Source of the DNA: an uncultured Bacillota bacterium | GTDB taxonomy: Bacteria; Sysuimicrobiota; Sysuimicrobiia; Sysuimicrobiales; Segetimicrobiaceae | Direction of reading: 5' to 3' | Length of the DNA: 64,000 nucleotides | Assembly (NCBI GenBank): GCA_963804645.1 | Contig: CAWDRG010000008.1 | Location: 32,001 to 96,000 of the forward strand | Part shown: positions 1 to 9,760 of the stretch, piece after piece | Layout of the letters: every line of letters begins with the position of its first letter | How positions within the stretch are numbered: the first letter of the stretch is position 1 | Translations under genes and position numbers: made by a program | Notes under the pieces: model-generated | Database searches by the model: none | What the model was told of the DNA's origin: nothing | The model's input: the letters and a program-made list of their open reading frames with translations, nothing else

Positions 1-963
1 TCGATCGCCGCGATGCCGCCGTTCAACGGGTTTGTCAGCGAGTGGCTGACGCTGCAGATGCTGCTGCGCAGCGTGGAACTCCAGGCGACGGTGGTGAAGA
101 TCGTCTTCGCGCTGTGCGGGGCGGCGCTCGCCCTAACCTCCGCCCTGGCCGTCACGTGCTTCGTCAAGACGTTCGCGATGAGCTTCCTCGGCATGGCCCG
201 GTCCGCCGGCGCCGAATCGGCGCGCGAGACCACCCCGGCCGCCCTCGCGGCGATGGGCCTGCTCGCGGTCGCGTGCCTGACGCTCGGGGTGATTCCCACC
301 GCCGTCATTCCGGCCCTGGACCGCGTCGTCACCCCACTCGTCCACGCGAGCGCCGTGGACGCGCTGGTCCCGCCGTTCTTCCACCCCACCGTGCCCGGGC
401 ACGCGCTGCCGCCCGCGTTCGTCGCGGACTTCCACGACCTCGGGGCCCAAGTCGGGCGACACGTCATCCCGGGGCCGGGCCTCGTCGTGATGCACCGCGG
501 CGGGTTGAGCAACCCCGTGGTCTTCGCGATGTCGACGAGCTATCTGCTCCCCGTGCTGGCGCTCCTCCTGACCCTCCTCTACGCCGTCGTCCGGCTGGCG
601 ACACGGGCCCGCGCGGTCGTCCGCCGCACGCGCTGGGACGGCGGACTGCCGCGGCTGGACGCGAGCATGACGTACACGGCGACCGGATTTTCCAACCCGG
701 TGCGGGTCGTGTTCAACGCCGTGTTCCATCCGTCCGTCGATGACGACACGACGGAGGTGGTCGCGGAACACTTTCGCACCGCCGTCCGTCGGTCCCGGAG
801 CGAAGTCTATCTGGCCGACCGGCTGCTCACGGAGCCCCTCGCCCGCTGGTCGCGCCGGTACGCGCGCGCCCTCGCGGGCATGCATCACGGCCGTCTCAAC
901 GCGTACGCGGGGTACGTGCTGCTGACGCTCCTTGCCTGTCTGATCGCCGGCCGGTACCTGTGA
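1..963 (+). CDS. Hydrogenase-4 subunit B-like (HyfB/NuoL-type) antiporter membrane subunit, 5' truncated by window
   Basis: PPFNGFVSEWL, FVKTFAMSFLGMARS and MTYTATGFSNPVRVVF motifs; multiple TM segments. Confidence 0.8.
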   Translation, partial: SIAAMPPFNGFVSEWLTLQMLLRSVELQATVVKIVFALCGAALALTSALAVTCFVKTFAMSFLGMARSAGAESARETTPAALAAMGLLAVACLTLGVIPTAVIPALDRVVTPLVHASAVDALVPPFFHPTVPGHALPPAFVADFHDLGAQVGRHVIPGPGLVVMHRGGLSNPVVFAMSTSYLLPVLALLLTLLYAVVRLATRARAVVRRTRWDGGLPRLDASMTYTATGFSNPVRVVFNAVFHPSVDDDTTEVVAEHFRTAVRRSRSEVYLADRLLTEPLARWSRRYARALAGMHHGRLNAYAGYVLLTLLACLIAGRYL

Positions 964-1055
964 GCGCCCGGTTCACCACCGACCCGGACGGGCAGCGCGG
1001 CTGAGATCCGCCGCCGCGGACCGCCGGCGGGAGGCAGCAGCCGGCGGTTCACACA

Positions 1056-1643
1056 TCAGCGCAGGCGCCGCGAGAGAAAGGACGACGCGCGATCGACAAA
1101 CCGCCACGGCACCTCGACCGCCGAGGAGATCCCGATCCGGGGCGTGCGGGCGATCGCCTCGGGCGGCGTGCCGCGCCCCACGTAGAGCGGTCCCGCGACC
1201 AAGTCCGATCGGTTGAGGCCGAGCGTGATGCCGAGCGCCTGCGTGAGCCGTCCGGGTCCACTGGCGAGGAGGCGCGCGTCCGCGGTGCCCCGGCGCCGCC
1301 GCATCAGCGCGAGCCCCTCCACCGGCTCGAGCGCGCGCAGCAGCACGGCACCGGCGCGCCCTTCGGCCTCGGTGACCACGTTCACGCACGCGTGCGCCCC
1401 GTAGCTGAAGTAGACGTACGCGGTGCCCGGCCGGCCCCACATCACCTCGCTGCGGGCGGTCCGGCGGTAGGCGTGACTCGCGGGGTCCCGCGCCCCGAGA
1501 TACGCCTCCACCTCGACAATCCGGCCGGCGGCGCGCCCCGCGGGGGTCTCGTGGACTAAGTAGCAGCCGAGCAGATCGCGCGCGACGGCGAGCGTCGGAC
1601 GCGCGAAAAACGTCCGGGGCAGCCGCGCATACGCGCGAGTCAC
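1056..1643 (-). CDS. mpg: DNA-3-methyladenine glycosylase (MPG/AAG family)
   Basis: [53 protein letters not shown] motifs; GTG at 1643 overlaps the polX stop (GTGA). Confidence 0.9.
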   Translation of the reverse strand: MTRAYARLPRTFFARPTLAVARDLLGCYLVHETPAGRAAGRIVEVEAYLGARDPASHAYRRTARSEVMWGRPGTAYVYFSYGAHACVNVVTEAEGRAGAVLLRALEPVEGLALMRRRRGTADARLLASGPGRLTQALGITLGLNRSDLVAGPLYVGRGTPPEAIARTPRIGISSAVEVPWRFVDRASSFLSRRLR

Positions 1644-3361
1644 CGCCCGAGAAACGCCAGCAGCGTGGCGAGCGGCCACGTGTTTATCACCCGCGCCGCC
1701 TCGACCCAGCCGCGCCGCGCGGTGCCGATGCCGTACTCGAGCGACGCGAACTCCGACGCGCGGTGCGCGTCCGTGCCGATCTCGAACCACGCCCCGCGAT
1801 CGCGCGCAAGGCGGACGTGCACGTCGCTCAGGTCGAGGCGTTCCGGCGAGGCGTTGATCTCGAGGGCGGTCTCGGTGCGGCAGGCCGCGTCGACCACCGC
1901 CTCCATGTCGAACTCCATCGGGGCCCGCTCGCCGAGGAGCCGCCCCGTCGGGTGGCCGAGGATGTCGAGGTGCGGGTTCTCGACCGCCCGCACGATGCGC
2001 CGGGTGAGGGCGTCGGGCGGCATCCCCATCCGCGAGTGCACCGACCCGACCACGACGTCGAGGGAGGCCAGCACGTCGTCGGGATAATCGAGCGCGCCGT
2101 CGGCAAGGATGTCCACCTCGGCGCCCATCAAGATCCGCAGCCCCACGCGATCCTCGATCTCGGCGACCGCGCGCGCGTGCTCCCGGAGCGCGTCGACGGT
2201 CACGCCGCCCGCGAACTTGAGGGCCGGGGAATGGTCGGTGACGCAGACGTACTCGCGTCCGAGCGCCTTGGCCGCCCGCGCCATCGCTTCCGCCGTGTCC
2301 TTGCCGTCGCTCCACGTCGTATGCATGTGCAGCTCGCCGCGGATATCCGAGGCCGCGACGAGCGCGGGCAGCGCGCCGCGCTGCGCGAGAGCGATCTCGC
2401 CCTGTCCCTCGCGGATCTCGGGCGGAATCCAGGGCAGCCCCACCGCGCCGTAGACGTCGGCCTCAGCGGCCCCGGCGATGCGCGCCTCCCCGTCCACGCG
2501 AAACACCCCGTACTCGTTGATCTTGAGGCCGAGGCGCACGCCGAGCTCCCGGAGCTGCACGTTGTGGTCCTTGCTGCCGGTGAAGTACTGCAGCGCCGCG
2601 CCGTACGACTCAGGGGCGACCGCGCGCACGTCGCACTGCACCCCGGCCCGTCCCATCAGCACGCTGCTGCGCGTCGGCCCTTGGAGCAGAACCTGCCGCA
2701 CCTGGGGCAGCGAGACGAACCGCGCCATCAGCTCGTCCGGGGCGCGCGTCGCGACGACGATGTCGACGTCCGCGATCGTATCCCGCATCCGCCGGAGGCT
2801 GCCGGCGAGGCTCAGCGCCTCCACCCCCGGGGTGGCGCGGAGGACCTCCGCGATCGCGCGCGCGTCCGGCAGCACGGTGCCGAGCGGCGCCCGCGTCCCC
2901 TGCCGGCGGCGTCGCTCGATCCCGGCGAGAATCTTCTGTTCGGTCTTGGCGCCCATCCGGGGGAGCGAGCGGATCTGCCCGGCACGTGCGGCGCGCTCGA
3001 GCGCGTCCACGTCGGCCACGCCGAGGCTCTGGTACAGCAACAGCGCGGTCTTCGGGCCCACTTCGGGAATCTCGAGGAGCGTCGCCAGACCTGCCGGCAA
3101 CTCCGACGCGAGCTGCTGGTGATAGACCACGACACCAGTCTTCAGGTATTCGGTGATCTTGTCGGCGAGAGCCGGCCCGATCCCGGTGATCGTGCGCAGC
3201 TGGCCCCGCTCGGCGATCGTCGACACGTCCTCGCCGAGGCTCTCCATGGCGCGCGCGGCCCGGCGGTAGGCGTTGACGCGGAACGTCGATTCCTGTTTGA
3301 TCTCCAGCAGGTCGGCGATCTCCCCAAAGATTCGGGCGAGATCGAGGTTTCTGGAGCTCAC
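1640..3361 (-). CDS. polX: DNA polymerase X with C-terminal PHP domain
   Basis: [30 protein letters not shown] motifs HMHT, TDH, GHP, GTDAH. Confidence 0.95.
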   Translation of the reverse strand: MSSRNLDLARIFGEIADLLEIKQESTFRVNAYRRAARAMESLGEDVSTIAERGQLRTITGIGPALADKITEYLKTGVVVYHQQLASELPAGLATLLEIPEVGPKTALLLYQSLGVADVDALERAARAGQIRSLPRMGAKTEQKILAGIERRRRQGTRAPLGTVLPDARAIAEVLRATPGVEALSLAGSLRRMRDTIADVDIVVATRAPDELMARFVSLPQVRQVLLQGPTRSSVLMGRAGVQCDVRAVAPESYGAALQYFTGSKDHNVQLRELGVRLGLKINEYGVFRVDGEARIAGAAEADVYGAVGLPWIPPEIREGQGEIALAQRGALPALVAASDIRGELHMHTTWSDGKDTAEAMARAAKALGREYVCVTDHSPALKFAGGVTVDALREHARAVAEIEDRVGLRILMGAEVDILADGALDYPDDVLASLDVVVGSVHSRMGMPPDALTRRIVRAVENPHLDILGHPTGRLLGERAPMEFDMEAVVDAACRTETALEINASPERLDLSDVHVRLARDRGAWFEIGTDAHRASEFASLEYGIGTARRGWVEAARVINTWPLATLLAFLGR

Positions 3362-3871
3362 CTAGAACGTCTTTCCGCCAGGACCGATCTGGGGGACTTT
3401 CACCGGAAGATTCGGGAGTTCTCTCGCCGCGCGTGAATTCAGCGCCAGGAGGTAGGTCGCGAGCAGGGAGTTATCGGCGTCACGCTGCACGGTGGCACGA
3501 AACGGGGCGGCGAGCGCGACGACCAGAATCGCCGTGGCCAGGATGAAGCCCCGTGCCGCGCCGAGCATCGCGCCGGTGATCTCGCTCGCGGGAAACGGCA
3601 CGTCGCGCAGCAGCATGCGCGCGAGCCGGCTGAGGGGAAAGTAGATCACGACCCACACGACGACGAACGCGATCAGCGCCCCCCACGACGGCGGCACCAT
3701 CTGCAGATATTGGGTGACGATCGTCCCCCCGCCGGTGTAGAGGGCGGAGGCGGCGAGAAACCCCACGATCACGGAGGCCGTGTCGATCAGCACGACCCAA
3801 AAGCCGTAGCGCGCGCCTCGAACGCCCGAGACGAGGATCAACGCCACCGTGACCCAATCGATCCAGTTCAT
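3362..3871 (-). CDS. CvpA family membrane protein
   Basis: MNWIDW start, four TM helices, GAMLGAARG motif, position next to polX. Confidence 0.8.
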   Translation of the reverse strand: MNWIDWVTVALILVSGVRGARYGFWVVLIDTASVIVGFLAASALYTGGGTIVTQYLQMVPPSWGALIAFVVVWVVIYFPLSRLARMLLRDVPFPASEITGAMLGAARGFILATAILVVALAAPFRATVQRDADNSLLATYLLALNSRAARELPNLPVKVPQIGPGGKTF

Positions 3872-3922
3872 GCGAATGATCCGAGGCAAGCGTCCGCCGC
3901 CTCTGCCACCCGGCGCCCGCGT

Positions 3923-6106
3923 TTATTCACGCAATTCCACCCCCGCGAGCGCCCGTACGGCTATTCGGACTCGGTCCAAAATCTCCTCCGCTTCCCCGGC
4001 CACCAACGTCCGGTCCGGGGCGCGGAGCCGCAGGCGGTAGGCCAGGCTCCGGCGGCCGGCGGGGATCGGCGGGCCCGCGTAGACATCGAACAGCTCGACG
4101 GCTTCGACGAGCGGCCCCGCGGCGCGCCGGACCGTCTCCTCCAGCCGCGCCGCGGGCAGATCGTCCGGGGCGACCACGGCGAGGTCCCGCTCCAGCTCGG
4201 GATACCGCGGGAGCCCGCCGAAGAGACGCGTCGCGCCGATCGGTCGTGACGCGGCGGACGCGGGGCCGATCTCGTCGCTCACCCGCTCGGTCGCGGGTCG
4301 GCCGCTCGCGACCGCGTAGAGCGCCTCCAGATCGACCTCCGCGAGGTAGGCCCGGTGCGGCAGCCGGATTCGCTCCACCTGGTCCGGGTGCATCTCGCCG
4401 AATCGCGCGACGGGCGCCCCGCCCACGGAGACGTCCGCCGCGCGTCCGCGGTGCCACCAGTCGAGCGGCCCGACGCGCGGGGCCCCGGCCGCATCACCCG
4501 GGAGATCGGACACCGGCTCCACGCGCGCCGCGGGGAGTCCTAACGCATCGATCAGCGCGTCCAGCATCCAGCGAACGTGAAAAAAATCGACGGCCGCGCT
4601 GTCCTCGGGCACGTTCCACCCGAACCGCCACCGCCCCATCGCCGCGAGCGCGAGGCTCCGGCGCTCCACGGGACGGCCTCCCGCATCGGGCAGGAACACC
4701 CGCCCGAGTTCAAACACCTGCACGTCGCCGATCCGCCGCGCCGCGTTGGTGGCGAGGACCTGGACGAGTCCGGGCACGAGCGAGGCGCGCAGCGCGTCGT
4801 GGTCCTGCGTGAGCGGGTTCACGAGCCGCACGCACGGCGTCTCGGAGGCGGCGGCCGAGACCAGGGTCAGCGTCAGCGCTTCCACGAGCCCGCAGCGGGT
4901 GAGGAGGGCCCGCACGCGGCGATCCGCCGCGACGGCGGGCGCGACGGTGCCGGGCGTCGTCGTGCCCCGCGGCAGCGTGAGCGGCACGCGATCGTAGCCG
5001 TGCACCCGGATGACCTCTTCGATCAGGTCCTCCTCGCGCACGAGGTCGGGACGAAACGTCGGCGCAACCACCTTGAGAGTGCGCCCCGCGGTCACCGCGC
5101 ACCCGAGCGCGCGCAGCGTCCGCGTCATCTCCCCCGGCGTGATCTCGACACCGAGCAGCGCGACCGCGCGGTCCGGCCGCAGGCGGATCGCGCGCGGCGC
5201 GATCCGCCCGGCACGCTCGTCCACGAGCCCCCCGGACGGGCGTCCGCCGGCCACCTCCGCGAGCAGCCCCATCGCGCGGGCCTGGGCCCGCGGCGCGATG
5301 TCCGGATCCGCGCCCCGCTCGAACCGCGCCACCGCCTCGGTCCGCACGCCGAGCCGGCGGGCGGTGCGGGCGACCGTCGCGGGATCCCAGTACGCCGCTT
5401 CGAGCAGCACCGTGGTCGTCTCCGGCCCGATCTCGGTCGCCCGCCCGCCGATGATGCCGGCGAGCGCCACCGCACGCGCCGCGTCCGCCACGACCAGCAC
5501 CGTGTCGTCGAGGGTGCGCACGACCTCGTCCAGGGTCTCGAGCATCTCGCCGGGCCGCGCGCGGCGCACGACCAGGCGGCGGCCTTCGAGGCGGTCGTAG
5601 TCGAAGGCGTGCATCGGCTGCCCGGTCTCGAGCATCACATAGTTGGTCACATCGACGACGTTGTTGACCGCACGCACGCCGGCCGCTTCAAGGCGGCGCC
5701 GCATCCACTCGGGGGCCGGACCGACCCGCACGCCCTCGATCAACGCCGCCGTGAACCGGGGACACCCCACGGGATCCTCGATCGCCACCGCGGCATGCGC
5801 GGGCGCCCGCATCGATCCCGCGCGCGGGCGGGCGGCGGCGCGTCGAGGCGCGCGGCGGCCCGGGCTGACGAGGCCCGGTGGACGGCGCACCCGGCGCCCG
5901 AGCGCGAGCGCCACCTCGCGGGCGATGCCGAGCAGGCTCATGCAGTCGGGGCGGTTCGCGGTGATCTCGAGGTCGAGCACGACCTCGTCCCCCACCCGTT
6001 CGATCGCCTCCGCGGGCAGCCCGATCTCCGCGAGGCGGGCGGCCAGCACCTCCGCCTCCTCATCCACGTCCACGTACTCCCGCAGCCACTCGAGCGGCAC
6101 GCGCAT
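3923..6106 (-). CDS. pheT: Phenylalanyl-tRNA synthetase beta subunit
   Basis: MRVPLEWLREYV, ITANRPDCMS, NNVVDVTNYV, RFERG, DLIEEVIR, FDVY..SLAYR anticodon-binding domain. Confidence 0.97.
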   Translation of the reverse strand: MRVPLEWLREYVDVDEEAEVLAARLAEIGLPAEAIERVGDEVVLDLEITANRPDCMSLLGIAREVALALGRRVRRPPGLVSPGRRAPRRAAARPRAGSMRAPAHAAVAIEDPVGCPRFTAALIEGVRVGPAPEWMRRRLEAAGVRAVNNVVDVTNYVMLETGQPMHAFDYDRLEGRRLVVRRARPGEMLETLDEVVRTLDDTVLVVADAARAVALAGIIGGRATEIGPETTTVLLEAAYWDPATVARTARRLGVRTEAVARFERGADPDIAPRAQARAMGLLAEVAGGRPSGGLVDERAGRIAPRAIRLRPDRAVALLGVEITPGEMTRTLRALGCAVTAGRTLKVVAPTFRPDLVREEDLIEEVIRVHGYDRVPLTLPRGTTTPGTVAPAVAADRRVRALLTRCGLVEALTLTLVSAAASETPCVRLVNPLTQDHDALRASLVPGLVQVLATNAARRIGDVQVFELGRVFLPDAGGRPVERRSLALAAMGRWRFGWNVPEDSAAVDFFHVRWMLDALIDALGLPAARVEPVSDLPGDAAGAPRVGPLDWWHRGRAADVSVGGAPVARFGEMHPDQVERIRLPHRAYLAEVDLEALYAVASGRPATERVSDEIGPASAASRPIGATRLFGGLPRYPELERDLAVVAPDDLPAARLEETVRRAAGPLVEAVELFDVYAGPPIPAGRRSLAYRLRLRAPDRTLVAGEAEEILDRVRIAVRALAGVELRE

Positions 6107-6116
6107 CGGGGTCTCC

Positions 6117-7142
6117 TTACACCTGTTCCAGAAATCGCAGGTCGTTCTCGTAGAACAACCGGATGTCGTCGATGCGATGCTTGAGCATCGCGAGGCGCTC
6201 CGCGCCCATGCCGAAGGCGAACGCGGAATACCGCTCCGGGTCGATCCCGCCCATCTCGAGCACGCGCGGATGGAACATCCCGCACCCGAGGATCTCGAGC
6301 CAGCCCGAACGCTTGCAGACCGGACAGCCGCGTCCCCCGCAGATCACGCACGCGATCGCCATCTCGGCGCTCGGCTCGGTGAACGGGAAGTAGGACGGCA
6401 CAAACCGCGCGCGCGTCTCCGGCCCGAAGAACTCCCGCGCGAACTGCAGCAGGACGCCCTTCAGGTCCGAGAAGCGCACGCCCTCGTCGACCACAAACCC
6501 GTCGATCTGCTGAAACATCGGCGAGTGACTGGCGTCGACCGGATCGCGCCGGTAGCAGTGTCCGTACGCGAGCGCGCGCATCGGCGGCCGCCGATGGTCA
6601 AGGACGTGCACGTCTACGACGGTCGTGTGCGTCCGCAGCACCCACTCCGCCCCGAGGTAGAACGAGTCCTGCGCGTCCCGCGCGGGGTGATAGGGCGGCA
6701 TGTTCAGCCGCTCGAAGTTGGTGTGGTCGCGCTCCACCTCGGGCCCCTCGACGATCTCGAATCCGAGGCCGAGAAAGATCTCCGCGATCTCGTCGAGCGC
6801 GCGCGTCAGCACGTGCGTGCGTCCGAGCGCGAGCGGCCGGCCGGGGAGCGTGACATCGATCCGCTCCGCGGACAGCCGATCCCGGCGCGCCGCGGCGGCG
6901 AGCGCTTCGGCGCGCCGCGCAACCGCCGCCTCGACGGAGGCCTTGAGGCGATTCAGCGCCTGTCCGAGGCGCGGACGGTCCTCGGCCGGCGCCTGTCCGA
7001 GCGTGCGAAACGCCTGGGCGACGGCGCCCTGGCGCCCGAGGTACCGGATGCGCACGTCTTCGAGCGCGCTTTCGGTCGCGGCCGCCTCAGTGGCCGCCGC
7101 GGCCTCGCGCTCCATCGCCTCGTACCGATCGAACTCCGCCAC
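6117..7142 (-). CDS. pheS: Phenylalanyl-tRNA synthetase alpha subunit
   Basis: HPARDAQDSFY, LRTHT, HSPMFQQ, YFPFTEPS, FAFGMGAERLAM; GTG start with GGGAGG RBS. Confidence 0.97.
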   Translation of the reverse strand: MAEFDRYEAMEREAAAATEAAATESALEDVRIRYLGRQGAVAQAFRTLGQAPAEDRPRLGQALNRLKASVEAAVARRAEALAAAARRDRLSAERIDVTLPGRPLALGRTHVLTRALDEIAEIFLGLGFEIVEGPEVERDHTNFERLNMPPYHPARDAQDSFYLGAEWVLRTHTTVVDVHVLDHRRPPMRALAYGHCYRRDPVDASHSPMFQQIDGFVVDEGVRFSDLKGVLLQFAREFFGPETRARFVPSYFPFTEPSAEMAIACVICGGRGCPVCKRSGWLEILGCGMFHPRVLEMGGIDPERYSAFAFGMGAERLAMLKHRIDDIRLFYENDLRFLEQV

Positions 7143-7160
7143 GCCGCGCCTCCCGTCCTC

Positions 7161-7423
7161 GAACACAAAACGCACCTCCGTCCAAGGGACGGAAGTGCGC
7201 CTTCCGCGGTGCCACCCTTCTTCCGTCCGCGCCGGCTGGCGCTGGACGGCACTCGAGATCCCCCGGGGTACGGGCCGGGCGCCCTGTCTGCCTACCTCCG
7301 GCGTCCGCCGGCGTCAGCACACGGCTCGGGAGTGAACGTGCGCGCTGCGAAACGCGGGCCGGCTCGCAGTCGGGACCGGCCCTCCCTTGGCGCCGCGATC
7401 TCGCGCACCCTCTCCGTCATCGC
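7161..7423 (-). ncRNA. T-box riboswitch (Phe) leader of pheST
   Basis: T-box GGGTGGCACCGCG (7217-7205), stem I GA motif, UUC specifier at 7336-7334, terminator hairpin 7171-7199 followed by TTTTGTGTT. Confidence 0.9.
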
Positions 7424-7466
7424 GATCGTGCGATTCCATCCGATCGCGGCCGGGGTCCCCGGCCGC

Positions 7467-7595
7467 TCAGTTCAAGATCGGGATCACCCAACGCGGCGGA
7501 CGCTTCGTGAGCTGCCGATAGAGCAGATACGCCCACACCGAGCCGGTGGTCTCAAACACCCGCCAGAAGAACTCTGGGGTCCATGTGATTTCCAC
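7467..7595 (-). CDS. YqzL-like small protein (42 aa), absent from ORF track
   Basis: GGAGG RBS, GTG start; MEITWTPEFFWRVFETTGSVWAYLLYRQL fits the YqzL W..F..TG....YLL pattern. Confidence 0.7.
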   Translation of the reverse strand: MEITWTPEFFWRVFETTGSVWAYLLYRQLTKRPPRWVIPILN

Positions 7596-7681
7596 CGCGC
7601 CCCTCCAGGGACCGGGTGCGCCGCATCGTGGGAGGCTCCGAACGGAGCGAGCGCCGCACGCGGTACTCTCAGGTCTGGCCT

Positions 7682-7711
7682 AGTATAGCACAGCCTGGGA
7701 ACCGGTGCCAA
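7682..7711 (-). promoter_or_regulatory. Sigma70-type promoter for yqzL-like gene / T-box / pheST
   Basis: TTGGCA-N18-TATACT with extended -10 TG. Confidence 0.55.
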
Positions 7712-7823
7712 CGAAACCCGACGCCAACCGACGCCAACGGGGACCATCGCCCTCACGAACGCGGCAGCATCGCGGACAAGACGTGGACGCACACCGTACC
7801 TAGTGTAATGATTTGTAAATAAC

Positions 7824-7852
7824 TTGACAATCTCCCAATGTGGTGCTATGGT
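7824..7852 (+). promoter_or_regulatory. IS internal sigma70 promoter for the transposase
   Basis: TTGACA-N17-TATGGT with extended -10 TG, ATG at 7862. Confidence 0.65.
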
Positions 7853-7861
7853 GAGAGTACG

Positions 7862-8953
7862 ATGTGGGAGTCTCCGGGAGGCCATCCCGCTCACCCCTGA
7901 GGATCGCCGGACACTCGAGACGTGGGTGGCGGCCCGGACGACGCCGCAGCGGCTCGCCTTCCGCGCCCGGATCGTTGCTGGCGGCGATCGGGGATGGCGA
8001 ATCGACGCATCGCTCGACGAGGTCGGGACGAGTCGCCCCACCGTCATCTCTCGTGGCGCGCCATCGGTTTCTCGGCCCGGCGGCCCGACGCCCTGACGGA
8101 AGATGCGCCGGGCCGCGGCCGCAAACCAAGTTCTCCAGCGCCAAAGTGCAGCAGATTGTGGAGGCGACGCTGCACACGACCCCGAAGGCCGCAACGCACT
8201 GGAGCACCCGCACGCTGGCCGCGGTGCAGGGCGTGAGCGCCTCGACAGTGCAACGAATCTGGGATGCGCACGGCCTGCAGCCGCATCGGACGCGGACGTT
8301 CAAGCTCTCGCGGGACCCGCACTTTGTCGAGAAGTTGACCGATGTCGTGGGGTTGTATCTGAACCCTCCTGACAAGGCCCTCGTGCTGGCCGTGGATGAG
8401 AAAAGTCAAATCCAGGCGTTAGATCGCACCCAGCCCGGCCTCCCGCTGAAGAAGGGACGGTGCGGCACGTTCACGCACGACTACAAGCGCAATGGCACGA
8501 TGACCTTGTTCGCCGCGCTCAATGTGCTCACCGGCACCGTCATTGGGGAATGCTTGGCCCGCCACCGGCATCAGGAGTTTATCCGCTTCCTCCGCACGCT
8601 GGATCGCGAGACCCCGCCCGAACTGACGCTCCATCTCATCGTCGCACAATTACGGCACCCACAAACATCCTGCGCAAGGTCAAGACGTGGTTGGCCCGGC
8701 ATCGGCGGTTTCATCTGCACTTTACGCCGACCAGCCTCCTCATGGTTGAATCTGGTGGAGCGCTGGCTGGGCAAGTTGCCGCCAAGCGAATCCGACGAGG
8801 ATCCTTTGCGAGTGTCAAGGATCTGATCCAGGCCATCCGGGAGTACCTCGATGAGAACAACAAGCAACCCACGCCGTTTGTCTGGACCGCCAGTGTCGAA
8901 CAGATCCTGGCCAAGGTCAATCGTTGTAAAGCCATTTTAGAGGCGGCACACTA
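7862..8953 (+). pseudogene. IS630 transposase, multiply frameshifted
   Basis: [46 protein letters not shown] and PFVWT motifs are spread over three frames. Confidence 0.85.
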
Positions 8954-9736
8954 CATCAGGCCGGCGGCCCGGTACAGCAGCAGTGCCGCCGCGGCGGCCA
9001 CGTTCAGGGACTCCACGGCGCCCGCGGTCGGCACGCGCACCAGCGCCGCGCCCGCGCGCTGCCACGCGGCGTCGGCCCCCGCCCCCTCATTGCCGAAGAC
9101 CAGCGCGAGCGGGCGCAAGAACGGCATCGTGGCAGCCGGCGCCCCACCGTGCGGGTCGGCGACGATCAGCCGGACTCCCGCGTCCGCCAGCGCCGCCGCC
9201 GCGGCCGCCGCAGTCTCGAAGTGACAGGACGGCACCCGGAACGCGGCACCCGCGGACGCCCGCAGGGCCTTCGGACCGAACGGATCCGCGGCGGATCCCG
9301 CGGTCACCACGACCGTCGCGCCCGCCGCGGCCGCGGTCCGCACGATCGCGCCCACATTGCCCGGGTCCTGCACGCCGTCGAGTACGGCCGCGAATGTCTC
9401 GGCGGCGGCCAGCTGCGACATCTCGGGCGGTGCCGGGCGCGCGGCGATCCCCAGCGCACCCTGCGGCGCCTCGACCTGCGTCAGCGCCGCGAACACCTCG
9501 GGCGACACGACCACCTCGCGGGCGCCCAACGACCGCAGTCGATCCCGGAGCGCGGCACGGCGCGGGTCGGCGGCCGACTCCGGCGTGTAGACCGCGAGGT
9601 CGAAGCGCACCCCCGCCTCGGCGGCGGCGGCCAGCACGCGCCACCCCTCCACGGGCACGCGTGCGGCCCTACGCGTCGGCGACCGCACGAGCCCGCGCAG
9701 CTCGCGGATCAGGGCGTTGCCGCGACTCGTGATCAT
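8951..9736 (-). CDS. TrmH/SpoU family RNA methyltransferase
   Basis: MITSRGN start, LDGVQDPGNVGAIVRTA, FGNEGAG, ESLNVAAAA. Confidence 0.92.
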   Translation of the reverse strand: MITSRGNALIRELRGLVRSPTRRAARVPVEGWRVLAAAAEAGVRFDLAVYTPESAADPRRAALRDRLRSLGAREVVVSPEVFAALTQVEAPQGALGIAARPAPPEMSQLAAAETFAAVLDGVQDPGNVGAIVRTAAAAGATVVVTAGSAADPFGPKALRASAGAAFRVPSCHFETAAAAAAALADAGVRLIVADPHGGAPAATMPFLRPLALVFGNEGAGADAAWQRAGAALVRVPTAGAVESLNVAAAAALLLYRAAGLM

Positions 9737-9760
9737 CGCGAGGGCGGCCGAGCCGTCACG

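Larger units (their letters stand above)
7801..8953 (+). mobile_element. IS630-family insertion sequence
   Basis: Ends TAGTGT...ACACTA, imperfect terminal inverted repeats (19/30 by hand alignment), TA duplication, visibly lower GC. Confidence 0.9.
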
